Notes: generated by a model not told the origin, from the sequence alone. A stretch of 64,000 nt of DNA from an uncultured virus (IMG/VR IMGVR_UViG_3300030104_003374) (IMGVR_UViG_3300030104_003374); one strand, 5' to 3'; counted from the first letter of the stretch, positions 18,339-28,596 are shown. Program-made: numbers and translations.

Positions 18339-19607
18339 ATGAGTGAAGAAACTAATAATGTGGAAACACAAGATACTACAACGGTAGGTCAGGTAGATGT
18401 AGATATTGATGCAATCTTTGGAGCAAGTCCTGATGCAAGCAATGTAATGCTACCAACAGAAGAAGAAACTGAAAAACCAACAAATGTCTTAGCGACTGAA
18501 AAGCCCTTTGACACAGAGTTCATTGACAAACCTGCAAAGACAGAAACTGAGACAGAAGAAAAGCCTGTTTCAGATGAAGTAATAGCAGAACAGACAGAAG
18601 AAGCAATCGCTGAGTTAGATGATTTAATATCTCAAGAAGAGACTGCTGAAGATAGAGGAAGACCTAAACTTGATAAAAGCGGTCTTATGGATCTAGCATC
18701 TAAAATGATTGAAGAAGGTTCTTTAATGCCTTTTGATGATGAAAAGCCTATGGAGGATTATTCAGCAAAAGATTTTAGAGAATTATTTGAGGCAAACTTT
18801 CAGCAGAGAGAAGAAAAAATTAGACAGGATACACCTAAAGAATTTTTTGAAGCTCTTCCTCAAGAACTTCAGATAGCTGCAAAATATGTAGCAGATGGAG
18901 GAACTGACATGAAAGGATTATTTAGAACTTTATCTCATGTAGAAGAAGTAAGAGAATTAGATCCTTCTAATGAACAACATCAAGCTGAAATTGCAAGGCA
19001 GTATTTAACTGCTACTAACTTTGGTAATCCTGAAGAAATAGAAGAAGAAATAGAAACTTGGAGGGATATTGAAAAGCTAGAAAAGAAAGCTAATCAATTT
19101 AAACCTAAGTTAGATAAAATGCAAGAAGAAATTGTTGCTAGACAACTAGCTAAACAAGAACAAATGAAGAGTCAGCAAGAACATGCAGCGAAAGCTTATA
19201 TGGATGATGTATATAATACATTATCTGTAGGTCAACTTGGAGATGTTAAGTTAGATAAAAAGACACAGGGTCTTTTATATACAGGCTTAGTTCAACCTAG
19301 TTACCCTTCTATGTCAGGTAAACCTACTAATTTATTGGGACACTTATTAGAAAAGTACCAATATGTAGAACCAAGACATGACCTCATTGCTGAAGCACTT
19401 TGGTTACTAGCAGATCCTCAAGGATATAGAACTAAGATTCAAAGTCAAGGTAGTAATGAAGCAAACAAAAAAACTGTAAGGATGTTGAAGACAGAATCTT
19501 CAAGAAAGATTACATCCTCAGTAGCACCAGAAAGAAAGAAACCTTCTAGAAGCACAAAGAAAAAAACAGTTTCTAGAAAACAACAAAATATTTTTAAACG
19601 CTTTTAA
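18339..19607 (+). CDS. capsid scaffold/assembly protein
   Basis: acidic disordered N-terminus, coiled coils, basic C-tail; directly upstream of MCP. Confidence 0.7.
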   Translation: MSEETNNVETQDTTTVGQVDVDIDAIFGASPDASNVMLPTEEETEKPTNVLATEKPFDTEFIDKPAKTETETEEKPVSDEVIAEQTEEAIAELDDLISQEETAEDRGRPKLDKSGLMDLASKMIEEGSLMPFDDEKPMEDYSAKDFRELFEANFQQREEKIRQDTPKEFFEALPQELQIAAKYVADGGTDMKGLFRTLSHVEEVRELDPSNEQHQAEIARQYLTATNFGNPEEIEEEIETWRDIEKLEKKANQFKPKLDKMQEEIVARQLAKQEQMKSQQEHAAKAYMDDVYNTLSVGQLGDVKLDKKTQGLLYTGLVQPSYPSMSGKPTNLLGHLLEKYQYVEPRHDLIAEALWLLADPQGYRTKIQSQGSNEANKKTVRMLKTESSRKITSSVAPERKKPSRSTKKKTVSRKQQNIFKRF

Positions 19608-19628
19608 TAACAAATAAATAACAAACAA

Positions 19629-21245
19629 ATGGCAACTCCAGTTTTAAACAATGGGATCTTTATGAGAGACACAGCTTACCAAGCTTCGTCACATTTGGAT
19701 TCCTATCACCTTAGAAACATGTTGCAAGATGCAGAACCTATGGATATGGGTCCAGTGGACTTATGGGCTATGGCTCAAAAAGTAGAGATGCCTCTTTATC
19801 AACTAGCCTCTTTTGGTGGTAAAAACACAATCATGGTAGACAATGCCCGTGGTGAGTATAAATGGCAGACTCCTGTTAATCAGGATCTTCCTTATATCAT
19901 TGAGGACATTGAAGCTGCTAACACATCTAAAGGTATTGACGGTACTACCTTTAAGATTAAAATTAACAAACGTGAATTTGGTCACGGTGACATCATTACT
20001 TATGACAAGTATAACGGTGCTGAACTTTATATTACAGCAGACGATATACAACCTCTTGGTGATGGATTCATCTATACTGTTCAGTTAGTTAATAATGATA
20101 GTACTAAATTTCTAGACAACAAGTATCTTGCTAATGGAACTAAACTTTTTAGAAAAGGTTCTGCAAGAGGTGAGTATGGAGAGAGATTTTCTGATATCAT
20201 TACTAACACTGGTTTCCGTGAATTCTACAATTATGTAGGAGGAGCAGAAGCTCACGTTCACTATTCTATTTCTTCTAGAGCTGATCTTATGATCAAAGGT
20301 GGAATGAATGCAGATGGTACTATTCCTGTTACAGAGATCTGGAGATCTTTTGACAAGAATCTTAATCCTTCTGTTTCTTCTATGGAAGACATGGTTAAAA
20401 TCATGGGTAAAGATGCAGTTAAAAAAGCATTTGATAACGGAGACTTATCAAGAAGCTTCTTAACAAATATGGAAGCAGCTCACTTAACAAAAGTAGCTAC
20501 TGACATTGAAACTTACCTAATGTGGGGTCATGGTGGTAGAGTTAGACAAGACGGTCCAGATGATGTAAGATTATCTGTAGGTCTTTGGAAACAGTTGGAT
20601 AACTCTTTCAAAAGAGTATACAACAAGAATAACTTCAACCTTGATTTATTCCGTGGAGAAATCTTTAATTTCTTTAATGGTAAAGTTGACTTTACTGGAC
20701 CAGATCCATCACGTCAACTGATTGTACAAACAGGTATGGGTGGTATGAGAATGGTTAATGAGGCTATTAAATTAGAAGCTGTAGCTTCAGGTCTTACTAT
20801 TCAAGCTGCTGATATAGGTGCAATTACTGGTAAAGGAATGGACCTTAACTTTGGATTTGCATATACTTCTTATGTAATTCCTTTCTTAGCAAACGTGAAG
20901 TTTGTAATTAATCCTGCGTTTGACAATGTTCATACTAATGACATTGAGAACCCAATCATTGATGGATTCCCATTATCATCTTATTCTTTCATCATCTTTG
21001 ATGTAACGGATAATTCTAATGACAACATCTTTATGTTGAAATTATCTTGGGATAATCAATTGAAATGGTTCTACCAAAATGGAACTATGGATTATCAAGG
21101 AAGAACTCAAGGCTTCCAAGGATCAGGACAGTTTAACGGTTACCGTGTATACATGTCACAAACAATGCCTGCAATTTGGGTAAAAGACCCAACCAAGGTA
21201 CTTAAGATTGTGATGCGTAACCCAATCACTGGCGGATCATTCTAA
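19629..21245 (+). CDS. major capsid protein
   Basis: 538 aa after scaffold, followed by strong terminator; YLMWGHG and GLWKQL motifs; codon bias (CGT, AAC, TTC) of a highly expressed gene. Confidence 0.85.
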   Translation: MATPVLNNGIFMRDTAYQASSHLDSYHLRNMLQDAEPMDMGPVDLWAMAQKVEMPLYQLASFGGKNTIMVDNARGEYKWQTPVNQDLPYIIEDIEAANTSKGIDGTTFKIKINKREFGHGDIITYDKYNGAELYITADDIQPLGDGFIYTVQLVNNDSTKFLDNKYLANGTKLFRKGSARGEYGERFSDIITNTGFREFYNYVGGAEAHVHYSISSRADLMIKGGMNADGTIPVTEIWRSFDKNLNPSVSSMEDMVKIMGKDAVKKAFDNGDLSRSFLTNMEAAHLTKVATDIETYLMWGHGGRVRQDGPDDVRLSVGLWKQLDNSFKRVYNKNNFNLDLFRGEIFNFFNGKVDFTGPDPSRQLIVQTGMGGMRMVNEAIKLEAVASGLTIQAADIGAITGKGMDLNFGFAYTSYVIPFLANVKFVINPAFDNVHTNDIENPIIDGFPLSSYSFIIFDVTDNSNDNIFMLKLSWDNQLKWFYQNGTMDYQGRTQGFQGSGQFNGYRVYMSQTMPAIWVKDPTKVLKIVMRNPITGGSF

Positions 21246-21254
21246 TATATATAT

Positions 21255-21296
21255 GAAAACGGGGAGTAGACATTGCTCCCCATTTTCTTTTTTTTT
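21255..21296 (+). terminator. intrinsic terminator after MCP
   Basis: GGGGAGTA-GACAT-TGCTCCCC plus long T tract. Confidence 0.8.
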
Positions 21297-21315
21297 AATT
21301 TTTAAAACCAACATT

Positions 21316-22323
21316 ATGTCATTTACACAAGTAATCACAAAAACAAATAAGAAAACACAAGTAAGAATTAAACCTTACTTTGATCCAACTGTCTCAAATA
21401 TGGGATTAGAAGATTATGGGATCACAATGTTTGACGGTGTCAAGCATATGGAACAACTAGCATGCATTGAAAAAAACGGTATTGTAAGATATGTTACCGG
21501 ACTTAATGAATTTGCACCTGCAGTTAAACTATTAACTGGTGAAGCCAAAGAAGCTAAGGTGACACAAATTAGAACTACAGTTGCAGAGCTAGAAAAAGAA
21601 TTAGCATCAAATGTTATTGATGTAAAAGATAAAGACTTTTGGAATAAAGTAACTTTACTTAAACCTAACAATTCAGAATTCTGGAATAAGATTGAAATTA
21701 AATGCGGTAATGAGCCCGTATATTTAGATATGAAAGATCCTTATGATAGAATTAAATTTTATGCAATTGAAGCAGGAGGATTTTCTCTAGTTGCAAAAAG
21801 TTATGATGATGCAAGATCACAAGCAGTACCACCTAAGTTTTATTTAGATAAAGAAGAAGATACTGCAATGATAAGAACAGAGTATAAGAAACTAAGAAAC
21901 AAAGCATACTCTGAATTACAAAAATTATTTGATAAGAATAGCAGCAAGTTATTTTATATTGCTAAAGTAGTAGATACTCATAGTACACAGTATAAGAAAG
22001 ATACTCCAAATGATATTATATATGATAATATGGATATCTATATTAGTGGTCAAGGTATTGAAAGTAATAAAGAAAGAGCAGCTAATTCATTCTTAAGCAC
22101 ATGTAAAATGGATATGGAAACATTAAAAATTAAAGCAATTGTTAAAGATTCCGTATTTTTTAAGTATATTGTTAATAAGAGCGATGGTTATATTTATCAC
22201 AATGATACAAATGCAGCTTTAGGTAGAAATGTTACTGATGTTGTTGAGTATCTTAAGAATCCTTTACATGAGGATATTCTTGGTGATTTAAATACTAAAT
22301 GTGAAAAGTTTTGGAATAGTTAA
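21316..22323 (+). CDS. conserved crAss-like protein downstream of MCP (assembly factor)
   Basis: start moved to ATG 21316 (21253 lies within terminator); LGRNVTDVVEYLKNP C-terminal motif; synteny. Confidence 0.6.
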   Translation: MSFTQVITKTNKKTQVRIKPYFDPTVSNMGLEDYGITMFDGVKHMEQLACIEKNGIVRYVTGLNEFAPAVKLLTGEAKEAKVTQIRTTVAELEKELASNVIDVKDKDFWNKVTLLKPNNSEFWNKIEIKCGNEPVYLDMKDPYDRIKFYAIEAGGFSLVAKSYDDARSQAVPPKFYLDKEEDTAMIRTEYKKLRNKAYSELQKLFDKNSSKLFYIAKVVDTHSTQYKKDTPNDIIYDNMDIYISGQGIESNKERAANSFLSTCKMDMETLKIKAIVKDSVFFKYIVNKSDGYIYHNDTNAALGRNVTDVVEYLKNPLHEDILGDLNTKCEKFWNS

Positions 22324-22325
22324 AA

Positions 22326-22556
22326 ATGGCAACTAAGCGAACATTGAAAAGATCTTCTTCTAAGAGAAAGAGTACTTCTAAGAGAAAGAAAAGTACTGTT
22401 AACTCCTCTGGTAATTATACAAAGCCTTCAATGCGTAAAAGATTATTTGAGCGTATTAAAGCTGGTAGTAAAGGAGGAAGACCTGGTCAGTGGTCTGCTA
22501 GAAAGGCGCAGATGCTAGCTAAACAATATAAAGCTAAAGGAGGAGGATATAAATAA
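22326..22556 (+). CDS. small highly basic protein
   Basis: NYTKPSMRKRLF..IKAGSKGGRPGQWSARKAQMLAKQYKAKGGGYK. Confidence 0.75.
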   Translation: MATKRTLKRSSSKRKSTSKRKKSTVNSSGNYTKPSMRKRLFERIKAGSKGGRPGQWSARKAQMLAKQYKAKGGGYK

Positions 22557-22798
22557 TGGGACTAACTAAGAAACAGAAAAGTTTAAAAAGATGGACTAAA
22601 CAGAAGTGGAGAACTCCTTCCGGTAAGAAGTCTTCTGAAACTGGTGAAGTCTATGCTCCTTCTAAAACTATTGCAAAATTAAAAAGCACTAAGAAAGGCA
22701 GAAAGAAATTAGCTGCCGCTAATAAAAAGAAAAGAGCTGCTACTAAAGCAGGTAAACAGCATGCTAAACATGGTTTACATAAAAAGAAAAAAAGATAA
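22556..22798 (+). CDS. small highly basic protein
   Basis: QKSLKRWTKQKWRT..GEVYAP; TAATG coupling. Confidence 0.75.
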   Translation: MGLTKKQKSLKRWTKQKWRTPSGKKSSETGEVYAPSKTIAKLKSTKKGRKKLAAANKKKRAATKAGKQHAKHGLHKKKKR

Positions 22799-22822
22799 TT
22801 ATTAATATTAAAATTTAAAGTT

Positions 22823-22990
22823 ATGCCTCAAGGACCAGGAACATACGGATCAAAAAAGGGAAGACCTTCAAAAAAGGGTGGGATGAATACCGCTAAGTTA
22901 AAAAAGATTTCAGCAGAATTAAAAAAAGCTTCTGCTATGCATAAAGGACAAGCAGCTAAAATTGATGCTATGCTTAAAAGTATGAAGTAA
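22823..22990 (+). CDS. small basic protein (55 aa, not in ORF track), paralog of 233-790 N-terminus
   Basis: MPQGPGTYGSKKGRPSKKGGMNTAKLKKISAELKKASAMHKGQAAKIDAMLKSMK; stop overlaps next ATG. Confidence 0.75.
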   Translation: MPQGPGTYGSKKGRPSKKGGMNTAKLKKISAELKKASAMHKGQAAKIDAMLKSMK

Positions 22991-23283
22991 TGGCTGCTAA
23001 AAAAAGAGATAGTAGATTAGTAAGAGCTGGTGTATCAGGTTATAATAAACCTAAACGTACTCCTGGTCATCCTAAAAAGTCTCATATAGTTGTAGCTAAA
23101 GTTGGAGATAAAATTAAAACTATTAGATTTGGTCAACAAGGAGCTAAAACTGCAGGTAAGCCAAAGGCAGGAGAAAGTGATAAGATGAGAAAAAAACGTA
23201 AATCATTTAAAGCAAGACATGCTAGAAATATTGCAAAAGGAAAAATGTCCGCAGCCTACTGGGCCAACAGAGTCAAATGGTGA
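22990..23283 (+). CDS. small highly basic protein
   Basis: YNKPKRTPGHPKKSHIVVAK..IRFGQQG..FKARH..SAAYWANRVKW. Confidence 0.75.
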   Translation: MAAKKRDSRLVRAGVSGYNKPKRTPGHPKKSHIVVAKVGDKIKTIRFGQQGAKTAGKPKAGESDKMRKKRKSFKARHARNIAKGKMSAAYWANRVKW

Positions 23284-23310
23284 TGATCTTATTTTTATAT
23301 ACTGGGAGTA

Positions 23311-23517
23311 ATGGCACAGAAGAAAAAATTAAATATAAAAAAAGCAATTAAGAAACCTGGAGCTTTAACTGCTTCTGCTAAAAGAGCAGGTGCTGTTAAA
23401 AAAGATGGAACAATTAAAAAGTCTTGGATTAATAAGATGGCTAAGAAAAAAGGTAAAATTGGACAACGTGCTAGATTTGCTAAGACTCTAGCTAAACTAA
23501 GAAAGAAAAAGAACTAA
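23311..23517 (+). CDS. small highly basic protein
   Basis: IKKAIKKPGAL..RARFAKTL. Confidence 0.7.
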   Translation: MAQKKKLNIKKAIKKPGALTASAKRAGAVKKDGTIKKSWINKMAKKKGKIGQRARFAKTLAKLRKKKN

Positions 23518-24215
23518 TGTTAAATAGTACTATAACAGTTAAGGTAAAACAGCGTCTAAATAAACTAGACAGTAACGACTATGATAATATAGAATGCTGG
23601 ATGATTGTTGAGGCTTTTAATAAGGCACAGGTAGAATGGGCCCGTAGACAGCTTCATGGTGTTAATATGATGAAGGAAGGTGATGAACAATCTACAAGAA
23701 GAATTGATGACCTTCAAGCGCTATTGATGAGTGATAATTTAATACTAACTGATAAGGTTGATTATTTTTCTGCTGCTGTTCCTACTGACTATTTACAATG
23801 GAAAAGAGTTGATGCTTTTGCCAAAAAAGGATGTTGTGAAAATAGAAGAATGGTTGTGTACTTAGTTGAAGAAGCTAATCTTAATTTACTTTTAAGAGAT
23901 AAATCAAAACAGCCTAGTTTTGAATGGTCAGAAACATTTGCTACTCTTCAAGGAAATAAACTAAATATTTTTACTAATCAGGATTTTGAAATTGATAAGA
24001 GTGAGTTTGTCTATTATAGACAACCACGTAAGATTCAGATTAAAGGTTGTGTTGATCCCTATACGCAAATACAATCAACAACAGATGTTATATCTGAATT
24101 TAAAGATGATATAGTTGAATTAATTATTGATGAAACAGTTAGTGTATTAGCTGGAGATATTGAGTCTATGGGTCAATTCTCAAGAGGTAGTGAAACAGCT
24201 GAAAGAAATAATTAA
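23517..24215 (+). CDS. head-tail adaptor/ring protein
   Basis: 232 aa; FNKAQ helix, RRIDDLQAL, YYRQP, IVELIIDE pattern of ring proteins; synteny. Confidence 0.6.
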   Translation: MLNSTITVKVKQRLNKLDSNDYDNIECWMIVEAFNKAQVEWARRQLHGVNMMKEGDEQSTRRIDDLQALLMSDNLILTDKVDYFSAAVPTDYLQWKRVDAFAKKGCCENRRMVVYLVEEANLNLLLRDKSKQPSFEWSETFATLQGNKLNIFTNQDFEIDKSEFVYYRQPRKIQIKGCVDPYTQIQSTTDVISEFKDDIVELIIDETVSVLAGDIESMGQFSRGSETAERNN

Positions 24216-24238
24216 ACTATTTTGATATTATACTAAAA

Positions 24239-24256
24239 TTTATTATATTATAGTAT
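24239..24256 (+). promoter_or_regulatory. variant late promoter motif
   Basis: TATATTATAGTAT identical to the core at 7138-7150. Confidence 0.5.
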
Positions 24257-24313
24257 CTATTTATTTATAAACAAAAAAAAGTCCTCTGAATAAAATAGGA
24301 GGCAATTTAAAAA

Positions 24314-25912
24314 ATGAGTTATTTTAATCACGCTTTTAAAAAGACTATGCTGGGAAGTAAGGAATTTACTGAACTTAGCAAAGGTACTTTAGGAACAGCT
24401 AACAATGTTATGGCAAAAGGTCAGTTTGGCTTTGTTGACAAAAATTGGCAAGTTGTTGATATTGGTTCAGCACCAACAACCTGTTGTCCTTTAACATTAG
24501 TCTCAGGTTCACTTTATGCAAAAGATAGTATTGGACCATTTCACGGAGGTTACAAAGAAAGTAACAAATCCAAACTTATTAATCCTAAATTTGTACACAA
24601 ATTCTATAGAGTAGATGACTGTGCTGCACAAAACCATGTTATTGCTCTTGGATATACACCTGATACAATTGGTTTACTAGTTACTCAAGCACTAACAATT
24701 GTGGCAGACGGTACGGGTAGTATGACAAACGGTACTTATACTAATGTACCTGTTGTTGGTAAGAATGCATCATCTGTTGCAATTTCTTCTAGCGCATTAG
24801 CTACTGTTGTAGTTGCTGCTGGTGTTGTTAGTAGTGTTACTATTACATCTGCTGGTCAAGGATATGGTCTACCTAGTGGAACACTTGAGTGGGAAATTAC
24901 TTCTGCTTCTATGGTAGCTGCAGGTTCTGTTGCACCAGGTGGTCCCATTAATGGTACTTATACATCTGCAATGACACAAGCTGTTGCAGATTGTTGTCAA
25001 GATTTCCTTTGTGACGAAACTTACTCTTTAAGAGTAGACGTTAAAGGAGAGGCTGCATTAGAACTTCTTGCACATAATGCATACTTAACAGTAGAGCATT
25101 ATACAGGATGTTGTGCAGATCCTACATCTCCAGTAGCAGTAGATAGTACACTTGTATATATTGAGTGGGCTAAACAACTTAGCACAAGTCCAATTATGAA
25201 AGACTTCCTTGAAATAGTTGTTACTGCTGAAAATAATACATTATGGTATGCTGATGGTGTTGATACTTCTGGTATTACTCCTCCAACTGGATTTACAATT
25301 GGTGGTAACTGGAAAGATTATGTTTCTCCAGGTCACTCTACAGGTGAATGTGCTGGTATGTCAATTCAAGCTTGTTACGTAAGTACTGACTTTGGAGATT
25401 GTTCATTCCAATATATAGATGGATATAACTATCAACCACTTAAGATTTATGCTTCTGAAGTAGACTATACAGGTTCTCCATGTAACTTTACTGGTATCTG
25501 TGTTGTTGATGTATGTCCACCAGTTTCTCCAATGGGTCTTGGTGAATCAGTTGTTAGAGACTTGATTTTATCAGAGTCTTATGGTCAAAACCATTTTGCA
25601 ACTGATATCAGAATCCGTGAGATTACTCAAGGAAATGAAATACTTGAAGATCACAATCAAGCTTCAATTAGAAGTAGAGATACTTGGGTACGTTACCAAA
25701 TCTTACACACTGTTCCACGTTATAATAATCCAACAGGAGTATTTGACAATGATCAATACTTACTTGAAATTATAACAGCAGGTGATAATAGTGATTTTGA
25801 GGACTTCATGGCTGCTTGGTTAGGAGGTTGTGCAGATTGCCCAGTTTCATTGGAAGTAATTTCATGTGATACAGACGCATGTACAGAACAAACACCATTT
25901 GTCTGTGCGTAA
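24314..25912 (+). CDS. abundant structural protein (auxiliary capsid protein candidate), Cys-rich
   Basis: own promoter and terminator like MCP; CC pairs; Ala/Ser/Thr beta insert. Confidence 0.55.
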   Translation: MSYFNHAFKKTMLGSKEFTELSKGTLGTANNVMAKGQFGFVDKNWQVVDIGSAPTTCCPLTLVSGSLYAKDSIGPFHGGYKESNKSKLINPKFVHKFYRVDDCAAQNHVIALGYTPDTIGLLVTQALTIVADGTGSMTNGTYTNVPVVGKNASSVAISSSALATVVVAAGVVSSVTITSAGQGYGLPSGTLEWEITSASMVAAGSVAPGGPINGTYTSAMTQAVADCCQDFLCDETYSLRVDVKGEAALELLAHNAYLTVEHYTGCCADPTSPVAVDSTLVYIEWAKQLSTSPIMKDFLEIVVTAENNTLWYADGVDTSGITPPTGFTIGGNWKDYVSPGHSTGECAGMSIQACYVSTDFGDCSFQYIDGYNYQPLKIYASEVDYTGSPCNFTGICVVDVCPPVSPMGLGESVVRDLILSESYGQNHFATDIRIREITQGNEILEDHNQASIRSRDTWVRYQILHTVPRYNNPTGVFDNDQYLLEIITAGDNSDFEDFMAAWLGGCADCPVSLEVISCDTDACTEQTPFVCA

Positions 25913-25939
25913 TCACTAATTACGTTGAATAATAAACCT

Positions 25940-25980
25940 AAAGGGAGAGGTTAGAGTTATCTTTCCTCTCCTTTTTTTTT
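25940..25980 (+). terminator. intrinsic terminator
   Basis: AAAGGGAGAGG..CCTCTCCTTTT plus 9 T. Confidence 0.8.
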
Positions 25981-25989
25981 AAAAAAATT

Positions 25990-26532
25990 ATGGCAAATCA
26001 CGTATTAAGTTTAGAAGTACCTACAGTTATGAACTCATGTATAATGAGAGTTGTGGATACAAGTGTTTATTCAAGTTTAATTGATGTAAATTGTACATAC
26101 CTGAACATTACTGTTCCGGGATATGGATACTCTACACAAATTAATGTAACTGAAAATTTTACTAAAACTATAACTGCTTGTGAATTGCAACTACAGACAG
26201 AAGACTGTGGTGAAAAATATGGAAATCTCCCTGACGGAGTATACATTATAAAGTATAGTGTATCACCTAATGATGTAGTATATGTTACTTACAATCATTT
26301 AAGAATTACTGACGCATTAATAAAGTATAATAAAATATTATGTGATATTGATGTATCTGCTTGTGATCCTCCAGCTGATGTAAAGAAAAAGCTAGAGCAA
26401 TTACGTTTAATCAAGATGTATCTTGAAGCAGCAAAAGCTAAAGTAGAATATTGTCATGAACCTCAGAAAGGCATGACATTATATAATTATGCGTGCAAAT
26501 TACTAGGAAAGATGAATTGCACTAATTGTTAA
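25990..26532 (+). CDS. tail hub-like structural protein
   Basis: LPDGVYIIKYSVSPN motif, helical Cys-containing C-half; synteny. Confidence 0.55.
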   Translation: MANHVLSLEVPTVMNSCIMRVVDTSVYSSLIDVNCTYLNITVPGYGYSTQINVTENFTKTITACELQLQTEDCGEKYGNLPDGVYIIKYSVSPNDVVYVTYNHLRITDALIKYNKILCDIDVSACDPPADVKKKLEQLRLIKMYLEAAKAKVEYCHEPQKGMTLYNYACKLLGKMNCTNC

Positions 26533-26552
26533 ATAAATAAAACCAACAAATT

Positions 26553-26711
26553 ATGGGATCAGCAAAATGTCCAAACTGCGGAGCAGCATTAGGTTGCAGC
26601 TGTCAATTAAGAAATGCATCAGACGGCAAACAAGTATGCAATAAATGTGCAAGCAAATATGAAAAAGAATTAGAAGTAAAAAGAATTAAAAGAAGAGAGG
26701 AAACAACTTAA
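26553..26711 (+). CDS. small Cys-rich zinc-ribbon protein (52 aa, not in ORF track)
   Basis: MGSAKCPNCGAALGCSCQLRNASDGKQVCNKC..; AACCAACAAA leader. Confidence 0.7.
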   Translation: MGSAKCPNCGAALGCSCQLRNASDGKQVCNKCASKYEKELEVKRIKRREETT

Positions 26712-26717
26712 GATAAA

Positions 26718-28565
26718 ATGTCAACAAACTCCATAAGATATTACACATTAACAGATTGTTGTGATCCATCAATTCAATTTAATGTAAGACTAGATAAATC
26801 TAGTTGGAATCCTTTTTGGGGTCCAGATGTTGTATGGTTATACGCAGGTCCTACTACTAATTATGTAGCTACTGATGGATCAATTAAACCACTTGAAAAT
26901 AATAAGTGTTATCATGTTGAAGGAAAACAAGCTGATATTGCAGTAGTTTTAGGATATGATGTTTTACAAGATACTAGTTTTTTCTATACTGGTAAAACAG
27001 TATGTGAAGATAAACAACCTTTAGATGCTGATTATGCAATATGTCCTACTTGTGTAACTCCTTGTTTTAAATTAACAAACTGTGATGGTGATACGTTCCT
27101 TACAATAACTGATCTTTCAGCTTATGTAAATACATTTATAACAATTGATTCTAATGCAGATTGTTGGTTTGTAGAAGAATCACCAAATGAATGTTCAGGA
27201 GTAACTACTACTGTAACTTATGTTTCTGCTTGTAGTGCTTGTACATGTAATTGTTATACAGTTACGGGAACAGGAACAATTAGTTATATTGGTTGTGATA
27301 ACGTACCCTATTCAGGAGTATTAGCTCCGGTTCAGGTCTGTGCTCTAACTAAACCAATTTTTGATTCAGATGGTTCTGGAACTATTACTACAAGTAGTGG
27401 TTGTGTAGATGGTGAATGTCCTGAGATTTGTTATATACTTACAGAATGTACAACAGGTGCTATAATAAACAGTAAGTCTCCTTTATTATTTGCTTATATA
27501 GGTAGTGTAGTTACTATAGAAGGTCAAACTGGATGTTATACTGTAAGCACTAGTGATCCTGATTATGAGTGTGATTGTCCAATTGACGTTATAGTTAGGT
27601 TTGATTATGTTGATTGTACCGCTTGTGAACCTACAATAGCTTATAGATTAACTTCTTGTGATAATGAAGAACAAATAATATATACTACTCAAGATTTATC
27701 AGAGTATAAAAATAAAGTAGTAGAGTTAGAAGATCCTTGTGGATGTTATACAGTTGAAGAAATTAATATTGTACCTCCTAGTGATACCACAGTAGTTGTT
27801 CAAGCAGGTGGTTTTGATACTTGTACAGAGTGTAAAACAACATATTATAAACTTACATCATGTGATGGTCTTGATCCTATAACTTATACAAGTACAGATT
27901 TATCTGCTTATGTAGGAAGAGTAATACAGCTGGTAGGTTGTGAAAAATGTTTTACCGTTTCTGAATTTATAGGAGTCCCTACAAATCCAGTTGGAGTAAC
28001 TTTTTATTCTCAACATACTGATTGTGCAGCATGTTTAAAAGACTTTGCATGTAGATGTTCTACTATATATAATGAAGGTGATAGAGAAGATACTTTTACT
28101 TATATAGATTGTAATGGAATTAACCAAATTACTGCGCCTGTTGCAGCTAAATCTAGAAGTGAAAGATATTGTGTAATTAGATGGACTAGTGGAACATTAC
28201 CTTTATACCATGGTAACTGTACACAAAGAGATACTGATTCACCATGGACATGTCCTGTTCAAACCTATCCTGTTAAGAGTATTAAACCAGGATATAATAC
28301 ACCATCTTGTTCAATAGAAAAATATGAAAAAATATCATGTAACTTTGGAGAACAACTTTATAAATCTGTAGTACAAAAAAGATATGGTGTATCTAATTGT
28401 TGTCCAGAAGAAATTGATAAGTGGACCATTAAAAAAGAATTAATTGAGCTTCAAGCATTAGTGGATCCTAACTATACATGTTCTACATCACCTAGCACTT
28501 GTGGTTGTAATAGTAGTAACTGTACAACATGTAATTGTTCTACCCCTAAGACTTGCAGTTCTTGA
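26718..28565 (+). CDS. Cys-rich repeat structural protein (hub/fibre)
   Basis: about 52 Cys in 615 aa; five modules beginning (Y/F).LT.C, several ending C..C. Confidence 0.65.
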   Translation: MSTNSIRYYTLTDCCDPSIQFNVRLDKSSWNPFWGPDVVWLYAGPTTNYVATDGSIKPLENNKCYHVEGKQADIAVVLGYDVLQDTSFFYTGKTVCEDKQPLDADYAICPTCVTPCFKLTNCDGDTFLTITDLSAYVNTFITIDSNADCWFVEESPNECSGVTTTVTYVSACSACTCNCYTVTGTGTISYIGCDNVPYSGVLAPVQVCALTKPIFDSDGSGTITTSSGCVDGECPEICYILTECTTGAIINSKSPLLFAYIGSVVTIEGQTGCYTVSTSDPDYECDCPIDVIVRFDYVDCTACEPTIAYRLTSCDNEEQIIYTTQDLSEYKNKVVELEDPCGCYTVEEINIVPPSDTTVVVQAGGFDTCTECKTTYYKLTSCDGLDPITYTSTDLSAYVGRVIQLVGCEKCFTVSEFIGVPTNPVGVTFYSQHTDCAACLKDFACRCSTIYNEGDREDTFTYIDCNGINQITAPVAAKSRSERYCVIRWTSGTLPLYHGNCTQRDTDSPWTCPVQTYPVKSIKPGYNTPSCSIEKYEKISCNFGEQLYKSVVQKRYGVSNCCPEEIDKWTIKKELIELQALVDPNYTCSTSPSTCGCNSSNCTTCNCSTPKTCSS

Positions 28566-28596
28566 GAATTATAACTATATTATAAATATAAAGACT

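Noticed and set aside
13020..21245. Introns, inteins or homing endonucleases in TerL, portal or MCP
   Set aside because: Continuous ORFs of ordinary size; no intein or LAGLIDADG/HNH motifs seen
23278..23286. TGA readthrough or selenocysteine at TGG TGA TGA
   Set aside because: Tandem stops after a natural C-terminal Trp; no SECIS-like hairpin or meaningful extension seen
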